Part shown: positions 1 through 8,466 of the stretch, piece after piece
Layout: each line of letters starts with the position of its first letter
Position numbering within the stretch: position 1 is the first letter of the stretch
Assembly (NCBI GenBank): GCA_025839675.1
Contig: CP104013.1
Coordinates: forward strand, 2,550,001 to 2,582,000
Direction of reading: 5' to 3'
Origin: Candidatus Lokiarchaeum ossiferum
Lineage (GTDB): Archaea; Asgardarchaeota; Lokiarchaeia; Sigyniarchaeales; Promethearchaeaceae
DNA length: 32,000 bases
Translations under genes and position numbers: made by a program
Notes under the pieces: model-generated
Database searches by the model: none
What the model saw: the letters and a program-made list of their open reading frames with translations, nothing else
Told to the model about the DNA's origin: nothing

Positions 1-755
1 TCAAACTGGATAGAATTTTCTTCAATTGAGATTTTAGGAAGGTATAACTCCGATATTTGTAAATAAATTTGATCATCTTGGGAATGCAACCAGTTATTCA
101 ATTCCAAGGAATAATGAGATAATTTAATCAATATTTGGCTATAAGATTTCTGGGAAAACTGTGTTTTAATGATTCGAATAAATATAATAAAGATTTGTTG
201 AAAAATGCCTAATATGTCAAAAATATCCCCCAAATCCATCATTTGATTTGCTTGGATCCATTGAGCTTTTAATAAGTCGAGTACATCAACAAAATTTTTG
301 AACGGATTTATATTCGAAGACCAAGATTTCCAAAAATCGGGGGTAATTTGATAGGTTTTTATAAACATCCGTTTGATAACATCTAATCGGGAGAGCATTA
401 ATTTTGCATTTCCCGTTTTTGGTCCTGCACCCACCACCATTAAATTACATGGGAGAGAGTATGAATAGACCCATCGAAGTCCGCCCATATCGATATTTTC
501 TATGCCTTGTTCTTCAAGTTCAAATTCAGAAAAGTGATTTAAAGCCGAGAGAAGTCCAGAAATTAACACCCCATCAAGTTGGAGATCTTTATTACAATGA
601 TGATAGAAAATGAGTTTAGAAGTCTGCTTCTCAATAATCCATAGATATTGAATTAAATCATCTCCATTATCCTCACACATTTCTCGCCCATACGCTGATC
701 GCGAGGGTTTGTATTTTATATCTTGAGAATTTTGGATTTCTAAACTGTTTTCCAT
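1..755 (-). CDS. hypothetical protein (3' end runs off the window); possible longin/Roadblock-like alpha/beta regulatory fold
   Basis: Not in the supplied ORF track because no stop lies inside the window. My minus-strand translation from the ATG (complement of 753-755) reads MENSLEIQNSQDIKYKPSRSAYGREMCEDNGDDLIQYLWIIEKQTSKLIFYHHCNKDLQLDGVLISGLLSALNHFSEFELEEQGIENIDMGGLRWVYSYSLPCNLMVVGAGPKTGNAKLMLSRLDVIKRMF... It stays open for ~251 codons down to position 3, which is improbable by chance in stop-rich AT-rich DNA. The strand-strand-helix(ISGLLSALNHF)-strand-strand-helix order suggests a longin-like fold; that fold call is inference only. Confidence 0.6.
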   Translation of the reverse strand, partial: MENSLEIQNSQDIKYKPSRSAYGREMCEDNGDDLIQYLWIIEKQTSKLIFYHHCNKDLQLDGVLISGLLSALNHFSEFELEEQGIENIDMGGLRWVYSYSLPCNLMVVGAGPKTGNAKLMLSRLDVIKRMFIKTYQITPDFWKSWSSNINPFKNFVDVLDLLKAQWIQANQMMDLGDIFDILGIFQQIFIIFIRIIKTQFSQKSYSQILIKLSHYSLELNNWLHSQDDQIYLQISELYLPKISIEENSIQF

Positions 756-921
756 TCTACATGGTAACAAGTAAGGTAAGTTCTTATTAGATAAGAATTG
801 GAAACTTTCGAATATTTTTTGGAAGGGGAGGTTAAATATAATAGAAATTAGTCATTTGATAACTTCTTCAGAAAAAAGCATCCTACAAATAATTTCCAGA
901 ATTAAAAAACACTGAACTTTA

Positions 922-1581
922 TCATGTCTCTAAGAAATTTTTCATTGACATCTTATGCAGAGGTAAAATGGAAAAGAAGACATTAAATAAATGATCTCCT
1001 TTTCTTTGCTGTTTACTGCCATAAATCTCAAGTTTTTGAATAAATTCAGTAATTATTGCTTGGATGTCCTTCCAATTTTCGTTAGTCACATCCAATTCAA
1101 TAAGTGAAGCTTGTGCTTTAAGTAAAATTTGAGAATTCTTTGCATCCTCAAGAGGATTGAGTTGATATAGATCGAATAAACCTTGATTTAATGCAGAAAG
1201 AGACTGAAATCCATTTGCAAAATTCCTCATTACATCTTTTGGGTCAATTTTGAGTTCTCGTTCAAAATTTTCTTTAGCCTCTTCAATCAATTGATCCTTT
1301 TGATTATAAACAGCCTCAATCATTGCTGTGACTCTATAATATTTCCCCGATTTTTCCGCTGTTTTAACTGGATCTATCTCAATCCATTTTTTTTTTAATA
1401 ACACAGAGATTTTACGATAAAGAGTAGCTTTGGAGATTAAAGGGGGGGACCCAAATAAATTAAGGATATTAGAAGAACTAAGAGAATCAAAGTGACGGAG
1501 ATAGGTTAAAATTAGAAATTCTTTATCATCCTGACATAAGTCATATATGAATTTGGGTTTTTTAGTGGGCTCATCAACCAT
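922..1581 (-). CDS. winged helix-turn-helix transcriptional regulator (ArsR/PadR/MarR-like), family not resolved
   Basis: 219-aa ORF. The N-terminal ~95 aa (FLILTYLRHFDSLSSSNILNLFGSPPLISKATLYRKISVLLKKKWIEIDPVKTAEKSGKYYRVT) show the helix-turn-helix plus beta-hairpin wing pattern, followed by a helical C-terminal half. The gene is divergent from the MFS gene across a 138-bp spacer that carries palindromic sites. Confidence 0.55.
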   Translation of the reverse strand: MVDEPTKKPKFIYDLCQDDKEFLILTYLRHFDSLSSSNILNLFGSPPLISKATLYRKISVLLKKKWIEIDPVKTAEKSGKYYRVTAMIEAVYNQKDQLIEEAKENFERELKIDPKDVMRNFANGFQSLSALNQGLFDLYQLNPLEDAKNSQILLKAQASLIELDVTNENWKDIQAIITEFIQKLEIYGSKQQRKGDHLFNVFFSILPLHKMSMKNFLET

Positions 1582-1692
1582 TGATAAACAGAAAGAAAAA
1601 GACTAATTTAAATATAGCTCATATTGAGACATATTCTCATATTAAGAAAAGTTTAAATAAATTAATAATTAAATATCTCATAATGATAAAAT

Positions 1693-1707
1693 GTCTCATG
1701 TTGAGAC
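1693..1707. promoter_or_regulatory. perfect 6-3-6 palindrome GTCTCA-TGT-TGAGAC, candidate operator in the wHTH/MFS divergent spacer
   Basis: Read directly from the sequence. A related site, gCTCATATTGAGAC, lies at 1618-1630, and TCTCAT half-sites occur near 1636 and 1676. The palindrome is 13-22 nt upstream of the MFS start (1720 TTG / 1729 ATG). Confidence 0.35.
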
Positions 1708-1719
1708 TATCAAAAGAGA

Positions 1720-2997
1720 TTGATAAAAATGAACTCTACTGAAAATGTATCTATTGAATCCACTTTGGAATCCAAACTAGGCAGATATTGGTTATTTTGG
1801 AGTGGTCAGAAAATTTCTTTATTAGGATCGGAAATTGTCCAATTTGCCTTAACTTGGGTTCTAACTGTGATCTATAAAGACCCGATAATCCTATCAATAT
1901 CAATGTTTTTAATTTTTATCCCCCGCTTAATATTTGGTCCATTATCTGGTGTGATCGCAGATAAGTATGATTATAAAAAGATGATTGTCTTATTTGATGG
2001 ATTACAAGCGGTAGCAACATTTCTTCTTATAATACTTATCCAAGTAGGTTTGGAAAACTTGGGACTTTATTTAGGTTTTATTTTTATAAGATCAACCTTC
2101 CAAACATTACATGGTCCAATAGTAACTGCCTTATCAAGAGCCACAATCCCCAAATCAATGGTCAATCGATATCAAGGTGTTAATCAGCTATTTTCTAATA
2201 TAATAATGATGATGGCACCCCTTTTAGGCGCTTTATTATTAAGTTTTGCAGATATCCAACAAGCTCTCTGGGTTGATATCATTACTTTTTCAATTGCTTT
2301 TGGATTATTAATTATTTCCCCACTCAAGAAAAATGTTAATAACAAAATTTCTTCAGATTTTAGTGAAGAAGAGAAGAAAAAGGGAATAATCAAACAATTC
2401 AGTGAAGGAACATCAATTCTCAAGGAGATTCCAGGATTAACAGAAATAATTGCGATTTCAATAGTTTCAAATTTCTTATTGAGCCCATTTAACACATTAC
2501 TACCATATCTGATTAATGTAGTCCATAATGGGACAGAATTTGACATGGCTGCAATCAGCATTACCATGGAAGCTGCAATGATTTCTGGTTCCATCATAAT
2601 GGCTTTAAAAAAGAAATGGAAACGGAAATCACTTATAATGGTTGGAACCACAATACTTCTCTTCATTGGCATCGCAGTAATAGCGTTAGCCCCAAAAGGA
2701 GATATAGTATTTTTGAGCGTGGTTAGTTTTCTTGCTTTATTTTTTATACCGATCAAATCTACAATTTTAGTGACTATTTTACAAAAATCTATCCCCGTGG
2801 AAAAGATGGGAAGGGTTTATGCACTCCTAAATATGTTGATGAGTGTTGCGACACCATTAGGATTTATTTTGTCAGGACCACTGGCAGATTTAATCGGAGC
2901 AGTCAACTTGCTGGTAGGTAGTTCAATATTAGGTATCATATCCGCTCTTGTTATTGGATATTGTGGAAAAATTAGTAAAATAGATTCATTGAAGTAA
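1720..2997 (+). CDS. MFS transporter (MFS_3 / EntS-like efflux family)
   Basis: 425-aa ORF with ~12 hydrophobic segments split by a charged central loop (SSDFSEEEKKKGIIKQF). The N-terminal motif FWSGQKISLLGSEIVQFALTWVL is typical of the MFS_3 exporter family. The track start is TTG at 1720; an in-frame ATG at 1729 is equally plausible. Confidence 0.85.
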   Translation: MIKMNSTENVSIESTLESKLGRYWLFWSGQKISLLGSEIVQFALTWVLTVIYKDPIILSISMFLIFIPRLIFGPLSGVIADKYDYKKMIVLFDGLQAVATFLLIILIQVGLENLGLYLGFIFIRSTFQTLHGPIVTALSRATIPKSMVNRYQGVNQLFSNIIMMMAPLLGALLLSFADIQQALWVDIITFSIAFGLLIISPLKKNVNNKISSDFSEEEKKKGIIKQFSEGTSILKEIPGLTEIIAISIVSNFLLSPFNTLLPYLINVVHNGTEFDMAAISITMEAAMISGSIIMALKKKWKRKSLIMVGTTILLFIGIAVIALAPKGDIVFLSVVSFLALFFIPIKSTILVTILQKSIPVEKMGRVYALLNMLMSVATPLGFILSGPLADLIGAVNLLVGSSILGIISALVIGYCGKISKIDSLK

Positions 2998-3050
2998 GGG
3001 GGATAATTTTTTATCAATCAAAATCCTATTTCAAAATAGGGATTAAAAGA

Positions 3051-3839
3051 TTGAAAAAACAAGTAATTGCACTTTTGGGTGGAAAAAGAAATGGAAATAC
3101 ACACAATCTTCTAAACCATTTTCAAGCACGTCTTAATCAAAATGGGATTGATTTAAAGATTATTCATCTGAATGAAATGGATTTACAGGATTGTCAAGGA
3201 TGTGAAAATTGCGTATTTGGAAATGGTTGTGCTATTAAGGATGATATGCCAGAAATAACAAACTTAGTAGAAGGAGCAGAAGGAATTATTGTCGCATCTC
3301 CCGTGTATAATAATAATGTCAGTGGAAAAATGAAGATGTTTATCGATAAAACCGTCAAATGGGCGCACAGTCCTACATTAACAGGTAAACCATACATAGG
3401 ACTCTCTACAACCTCGAGTTCAGGGCTTGATATGACATTAAAATATCTCACAATTGTTGGAGTTAATTGGGGTGCCCATCCTATCGGCAATATTTGGGCG
3501 AGTAAACGAACAACGAATATGAAGAGAAATATGAAGGTGCTGTCACGCTTCATCTCAGCGATCCATCAAGATCCCAAATATCATCGACCGACTTTGAATC
3601 AAGTCATTCAATTCCAAAAGAAAAAAGTTCTTGCCAAAACGGTTTTCCCGAATGATTTAGCACATTGGGAAAAAAATCATTGGTTAGATAAAGCGTATTA
3701 TTATGAAGCCAAAATTACTCCTTTTAACCGGGTAATGGGGAGCTTTTTCCATTGGATGCTTCTTAAAATTCTTACAAAGGCTATGAAAAATTATACGACC
3801 GAAGTCGGCAGCAAAGACTATGGTAAGTTAGTTTATTAA
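3051..3839 (+). CDS. iron-sulfur flavoprotein (Isf-like), NADPH-dependent FMN reductase / flavodoxin-like fold
   Basis: 262 aa. An N-terminal flavodoxin-like strand and phosphate loop (VIALLGGKRNGNT) is followed by a compact Cys cluster, CQGCENCVFGNGC (C-x2-C-x2-C-x5-C). IIVASPVYNNNVSGKMKMFIDK also matches the Isf / FMN_red family pattern. TTG start. Confidence 0.8.
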   Translation: MKKQVIALLGGKRNGNTHNLLNHFQARLNQNGIDLKIIHLNEMDLQDCQGCENCVFGNGCAIKDDMPEITNLVEGAEGIIVASPVYNNNVSGKMKMFIDKTVKWAHSPTLTGKPYIGLSTTSSSGLDMTLKYLTIVGVNWGAHPIGNIWASKRTTNMKRNMKVLSRFISAIHQDPKYHRPTLNQVIQFQKKKVLAKTVFPNDLAHWEKNHWLDKAYYYEAKITPFNRVMGSFFHWMLLKILTKAMKNYTTEVGSKDYGKLVY

Positions 3840-3919
3840 TGACGGACCTAATTTCGTGCAAAATTAACCAGTAAGTGTGAGAACAATTTTCAAGGTCGCA
3901 GAATTTCTTTTCATCCATT

Positions 3920-4027
3920 GCAATCTTTCGTGGGATATCTCTTTTTATTTGTGGTTTTGATCATAACAATTATATTATTCAAGCCCCAATTTTGTAATGA
4001 TAGAACTCTACAAAATAGTCACAGAAG
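3920..4027 (+). repeat. copy A of a ~108-nt direct repeat (decayed copy of the promoter + 5' end of the 4513 gene)
   Basis: Hand alignment with 4431-4539 gives about 15 mismatches plus one 1-nt indel over ~108 nt. The identical core is TGATCATAACAATTATAT, which includes a TATA-like box, followed by CCCAATTTTGTA and GAACTCTACAAAAT. In copy A the ATG of copy B is lost (GATAGAAC versus GATATGAAC). An alternative ATG at 3997 opens only a 26-codon frame. Confidence 0.8.
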
Positions 4028-4090
4028 GAGGTCATTTCAATTTCAATTTTCTCTTACGAATGGGTTTAAAAAACTAATTATAAACACTAA

Positions 4091-4312
4091 CTAGCTTAGA
4101 GCTAAAAAGATAAGAATCGCGGCAAAAATAGCTCCTAAAATCAGGTAGGTAATTTTCCGATCATATTTTTCTAAAAAGGATTTTTTGGACATTTGTTTTT
4201 TTCGAAGGTCTGTATCATCCAAAGGACGTTCTGATCGTTTATAATCTTCATGACGATATCTATATTGATCCGTTTGTTCTCGCATAATTCTTGAAGTGTC
4301 TCTACTGAACAT
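4091..4312 (-). CDS. small tail-anchored membrane protein, unknown function
   Basis: 73-aa ORF with a highly charged N-terminal ~50 aa and a single C-terminal TM (ITYLILGAIFAAILIFLALS). It lies exactly between the two repeat copies. No recognisable family. Confidence 0.4.
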   Translation of the reverse strand: MFSRDTSRIMREQTDQYRYRHEDYKRSERPLDDTDLRKKQMSKKSFLEKYDRKITYLILGAIFAAILIFLALS

Positions 4313-4430
4313 TTTCTGTTTTCCCTTATTTTTTTAAACTTATTAGATTATTGGTAGATAAGAGTCATATTCTTTCCCCTATGGAATCATATGGTTCCAA
4401 TTGGTTCAACGAATATTTTTTTTATTCATC

Positions 4431-4539
4431 GCAATCTTTCGTAGTATGTATCTTTTTTTTTGTAGAACTGATCATAACAATTATATAACTCAAGTCCCAA
4501 TTTTGTATTGATATGAACTCTACAAAATCGTCACAAAAG
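4431..4539 (+). repeat. copy B of the ~108-nt direct repeat; functional promoter/5' end of the large beta-helix gene
   Basis: Contains the TATA-like TTATATAA (4481-4488), centred ~28 nt upstream of the ATG at 4513. That spacing suggests a leaderless or very short-leader mRNA. The repeat also covers the first ~9 codons (MNSTKSSQK). Confidence 0.8.
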
Positions 4540-7500
4540 ATGCTGTTTATAATGATTTGTTTTTTACTGGCTGGAAATGTGTGTAACTCTAATAATAATC
4601 TCAATCACACTAAAGGAAAAATACATGCAGCCCCAGAAACCTATGATTTTAATACAACCTCTAATTCTAATAGTTTAGAAATTCTAAATGAAACAGATCT
4701 TGCACTTATTGCTACCTCAGGAAATGGAACTTTTGAATCACCATATATTTTAGAAAACCTTATAATTAATGCAGAAATGAAGGAAAACGGGTTACGGATT
4801 GAAAATACTCGGTCAACTCTCAAAATTCAGAATTCTAGCTTTTATTTTTCTGAATTAAGTTCTTCTTTCGCTGGTATTTTTTTGAAAAATTGTTCAAATA
4901 TCATCTTTGAGAACATATTGTGCGTTGCAAATTACCACGGCATTTATATAGAAAATTCCACCAATATTTCCGGTTCTTTATTGCAAATCTGGAATAATGA
5001 ATATTCAGGATTTCGAATTAAGGATTCTTCCAACATAATTTTTCATTCAACTTCAATTTCTAAGGGGCAGTATGGACAATATATAACTGACTCACATAAT
5101 ATTACACTTTTTGATTCGGAAATTCACTTTTCATCTGCAGGAATAGACGTGAGTGATTCTACGACCCTGAACTTCAGCTATATTCTGTTTGATGAAACAG
5201 CTCGTCGAGGGATAGATATGGAATCGTGCTCGGATATTGAAATTTATTCAAATGATCTGGCTAATTGTGATAATAGCAAGTATGGATCAGGACTCGGAAT
5301 TTATACTTATCAAAATCAAAATATAACTTTGCGAAACAACACTTTGACTGATTGTTATTTGGGAACAAGTTTCAATAACGCTCCCTCACTATTGGATATG
5401 CAACACGATATTGATGATTCTAATCTCATCAACGGTCTTCCAATTGGCTATATCCACGATGGAGTAAATTTAGATTCAACTATATTCGAAAACAAATCCC
5501 AACTAATTGTCGTTAATGTGAATCACACCATTATTGAGGATCTAAATTATTCCAATATTCCATACCCTATCAGTTTTTATTACTGCAATAATTTAACCTT
5601 TGAAAGTTCTGTTATTACAAATGCCATTTATCCATTATATTTTTGTGAATCTACCAATTGCTCAGTTCAAAATAATGATATAACTGATTGTGACCAATAT
5701 ATGGGGTATTTTCTGGAATGTACAGACTTTCTTGTATCGAATAACAATTTTGAAAACACGAACAATGATGCAATTTACTTAAGAAATACAGAATACTTTA
5801 ATATTCATCAAAATACAATTACTTTTTCCACTGCTGCGATTAAATCCTACCATTCGCAACACACTATTATTCAGAATAATATTCTAACCAACAATATTTA
5901 TGGTTTTTCCAATAATTGGTTTGACAACTTGACCATTTATAACAACCAAATTAATAGTAGTTCCTATGATCTTAATTTCTACCAGACATCAGCTTCCAAT
6001 TTGAATATTTCAAAAAATGACATGCATGGGAAAGGAATCCTGTTTTCAGAACAATTAGGTAACTCAGTGTTTGCATCCTATACTATTGAAGGAAATCTGG
6101 TGCATGATAAACCGATTTATTGCTATTATTCAGAATCTGGATTAAACCCGAGCGATTTTCTCAATGCAGGTCAAATTTTTGTAGTGGATTGTAGTGATGT
6201 CCACATAGAAAATTTGGCCATGGCTGATGTGGCAGAGGGTATTTATCTTCTATATTCAACTGATAGTTTCATCTCAAATATAAGCTTAGATAATATTGCT
6301 CGATTTGGAATCATTGTCAGTAATGGGCAAAACGCGATTATTGATGGTGGCAACATCACCAACTCCGATACCGCAATCATTTGTCGTGGGGATAATATGA
6401 ACTCGGTGGAAAATTTTACTGTGGGTAATACTAACATCAGAAAGGCCGAAGAAGGAATTCGGTTTGATTATGTCAATATCTTGAATATCTCGAATAATTA
6501 TATCCAAGAGATTTTTGAAAGTGGGATTATTATTCGAAACTGGGGTTTTGGAGATATTGGTCATAATATTATTGAAGTTGAAGAAGGTACTGCCATTGAA
6601 CTAATTCGGTGTGAAGAAATGAATTTTACTGATAATGCCATGATTGGTTCGGGATTTGAATTTGAACAATTAGGTGGATCGAGTTTTGAGTATCATGACT
6701 CCCATTTAATCCCAATTACGAATACTGTAAATGGAAAACCAGTTTATTATTATTGCCATGAAACAGGATTAGTTCCGCAAGACTTTGCCAATGCCGGTCA
6801 GGTCATACTAATTGATTGTGCGGATTCAGAAATAGCAGATCTCGATCTATCATATAACTACTATGGGTTATTCGCATCATCTTGCGAAAACCTTGACTTA
6901 TGGAATATTTCTGTCTCAAATTGTAAAAAAATGGGATTATATTTCGCAGAATCACAATTCTGCACTCTTTCTCAAATAACTGCAACATATAATTATGGAG
7001 GAATTGAATTCAAAGGAGGTTCCAGCATAAAACATCCCAATAATACAATTTCAGATAGCATTATTAGCCATAATGAAGGGATTGGATGTTATATTTCCTA
7101 TTCTTATAATTTTACTATTCGCGATTCCTTGATAAATAATAACACAGATGGATTCTACCCTAGCAGTTCTCAGTACACCCACTTCATAAACAACACATTT
7201 ACAAGTAACAACTTTGCCATTAAGGATTATTATTCTCATAATTTGACGATTTCAAAATGTTTCTTTACCAATAACGTCGAAGGGGCACTAAAATATCAGT
7301 CCAAAGATCTTAAATTTTCAAATAATACCATGGTAAATGGGGGGATAGTTTTAAACCATTATGACTTTGAAGATATTGACACCTTTGAGATTTCCAACGA
7401 TAATTGGATTAATGGCAAAAAATTGTATTTCTACAAAAATATGGCCAGTTTGCAACCTGCAAATTTCTCAAATGCAGGTCAAATCATACTTTTTAATGTG

Positions 7501-8322
7501 GATAATGTGTCAATTAGTAGCGTGAATCTTTCAAATGCCTCGTGCGGAATCTATATCATCGAATCAAGTAATATCTCAATTGAGAGCGTAGAAAGCACAA
7601 ATAATATAATAATGGGCGGCTTTTTCCTAGATTCTCAAGAAATTCAGATTGATCAAAGTGATTTTTCATCAAATGGTGATGGGATGTTTTTTGATAATTG
7701 TTTGTCGATAACATTAAATAATCTCCAAATAAACCACAACCAAAATTATGGCCTTTATACCAACTATCTCATCAATTCTATAATCTCGAATTCCATTTTT
7801 GAAGGAAATGATCAAACAGGGATATATCTTAGATATTCCAGCAATAATTCATTTTCATCCAACTATATTGTTGATAATTTTGAAGCAGTAATGCTTAGTA
7901 ATACTGAATGCAATGAAAATCGATTCTGGAATAATTCCTTCATTGGAGATAACCTATTGGTCACAGATTATGGTCTTCTGAATAGGTACAATGTGAATTC
8001 GATTGGAAATTATTGGGGAAATTATGAAATTCGATACCCAAGTGCAACCAAACTAGCTTATTATTGGAGCACAAGTTACAGATTAGAGGGAACGTACTGT
8101 ATTTATGATAGATTCCCATTAATTGTAGATCCGTTCAATCCCTCCAATCCAGAAATTCCCGATGACCCTGATGATACCACAACTTCCGATACTTCCACCA
8201 CAGATCCTAGTAATTTTTCTCGTCCCTTAGCAGAAATATTAGTGTACTCCATTACAGGAGGAATCTTGGGCGTTGGATTAATCGGAGTTATAATCTATCG
8301 CATTAAATTACTAAAAAAATAA
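4513..8322 (+). CDS. large secreted, C-terminally membrane-anchored parallel beta-helix (PbH1 / NosD-like) surface protein with four tandem modules
   Basis: 1269 aa with an N-terminal signal/anchor (MLFIMICFLLAGNVC). Pervasive ~22-aa beta-helix coil repeats are present (xNxxIxxNxI, e.g. NNTLTDCYLG, NNDITDCDQY, HNEGIGCYIS). A module-start motif recurs four times: NGLPIGYIHD (nt ~5431), DKPIYCYYSESGLNPSDFLNAGQIFVVDC (~6106), NGKPVYYYCHETGLVPQDFANAGQVILIDC (~6730) and NGKKLYFYKNMASLQPANFSNAGQIILFNV (~7411). The protein ends with a Pro/Asp/Thr-rich stalk (PEIPDDPDDTTTSDTSTTDP), one TM (ITGGILGVGLIGVIIY) and a basic tail (RIKLLKK). N-x-S/T sequons are very numerous. Confidence 0.88.
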   Translation: MNSTKSSQKMLFIMICFLLAGNVCNSNNNLNHTKGKIHAAPETYDFNTTSNSNSLEILNETDLALIATSGNGTFESPYILENLIINAEMKENGLRIENTRSTLKIQNSSFYFSELSSSFAGIFLKNCSNIIFENILCVANYHGIYIENSTNISGSLLQIWNNEYSGFRIKDSSNIIFHSTSISKGQYGQYITDSHNITLFDSEIHFSSAGIDVSDSTTLNFSYILFDETARRGIDMESCSDIEIYSNDLANCDNSKYGSGLGIYTYQNQNITLRNNTLTDCYLGTSFNNAPSLLDMQHDIDDSNLINGLPIGYIHDGVNLDSTIFENKSQLIVVNVNHTIIEDLNYSNIPYPISFYYCNNLTFESSVITNAIYPLYFCESTNCSVQNNDITDCDQYMGYFLECTDFLVSNNNFENTNNDAIYLRNTEYFNIHQNTITFSTAAIKSYHSQHTIIQNNILTNNIYGFSNNWFDNLTIYNNQINSSSYDLNFYQTSASNLNISKNDMHGKGILFSEQLGNSVFASYTIEGNLVHDKPIYCYYSESGLNPSDFLNAGQIFVVDCSDVHIENLAMADVAEGIYLLYSTDSFISNISLDNIARFGIIVSNGQNAIIDGGNITNSDTAIICRGDNMNSVENFTVGNTNIRKAEEGIRFDYVNILNISNNYIQEIFESGIIIRNWGFGDIGHNIIEVEEGTAIELIRCEEMNFTDNAMIGSGFEFEQLGGSSFEYHDSHLIPITNTVNGKPVYYYCHETGLVPQDFANAGQVILIDCADSEIADLDLSYNYYGLFASSCENLDLWNISVSNCKKMGLYFAESQFCTLSQITATYNYGGIEFKGGSSIKHPNNTISDSIISHNEGIGCYISYSYNFTIRDSLINNNTDGFYPSSSQYTHFINNTFTSNNFAIKDYYSHNLTISKCFFTNNVEGALKYQSKDLKFSNNTMVNGGIVLNHYDFEDIDTFEISNDNWINGKKLYFYKNMASLQPANFSNAGQIILFNVDNVSISSVNLSNASCGIYIIESSNISIESVESTNNIIMGGFFLDSQEIQIDQSDFSSNGDGMFFDNCLSITLNNLQINHNQNYGLYTNYLINSIISNSIFEGNDQTGIYLRYSSNNSFSSNYIVDNFEAVMLSNTECNENRFWNNSFIGDNLLVTDYGLLNRYNVNSIGNYWGNYEIRYPSATKLAYYWSTSYRLEGTYCIYDRFPLIVDPFNPSNPEIPDDPDDTTTSDTSTTDPSNFSRPLAEILVYSITGGILGVGLIGVIIYRIKLLKK

Positions 8323-8336
8323 ACCCCTTATAATAA

Positions 8337-8343
8337 TTTTTTT
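8337..8343 (+). terminator. oligo-T (T7) candidate terminator of the beta-helix gene
   Basis: A T7 run lies 15 nt after the stop at 8320-8322. Archaeal intrinsic termination uses oligo-T tracts. Confidence 0.4.
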
Positions 8344-8432
8344 AAATATTCTTTAGAAATGAATTTCTACAAAAATCAGTTTTCTAAATTTACATGGAAG
8401 ATTAGCAGATGTAAAGTAATCAGAAAATGAAG

Positions 8433-8440
8433 AAAAAAAA
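8433..8440 (-). terminator. oligo-T (T8 on the minus strand) candidate terminator of rpoB
   Basis: An A8 run on the plus strand lies ~27 nt downstream (minus sense) of the rpoB stop at 8467-8469, in a convergent 144-bp spacer. Confidence 0.45.
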
Positions 8441-8466
8441 GTAATGACCTGTCAACTTCAACCAGA

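Noticed and set aside
404-613. 69-aa plus-strand ORF from the track
   Set aside because: It lies entirely inside the much longer, protein-like minus-strand ORF (1-755). Its composition is Pro/His-rich and it has no recognisable motif or ribosome-binding site. Most likely a shadow ORF.
2184-3553. Antisense ORFs 2184-2756, 2817-3017 and 3194-3553
   Set aside because: Each is fully embedded antisense in a well-supported gene (the MFS transporter or the Isf-like flavoprotein). Their sequences are low-complexity and hydrophobic, typical of antisense frames of AT-rich membrane-protein genes.
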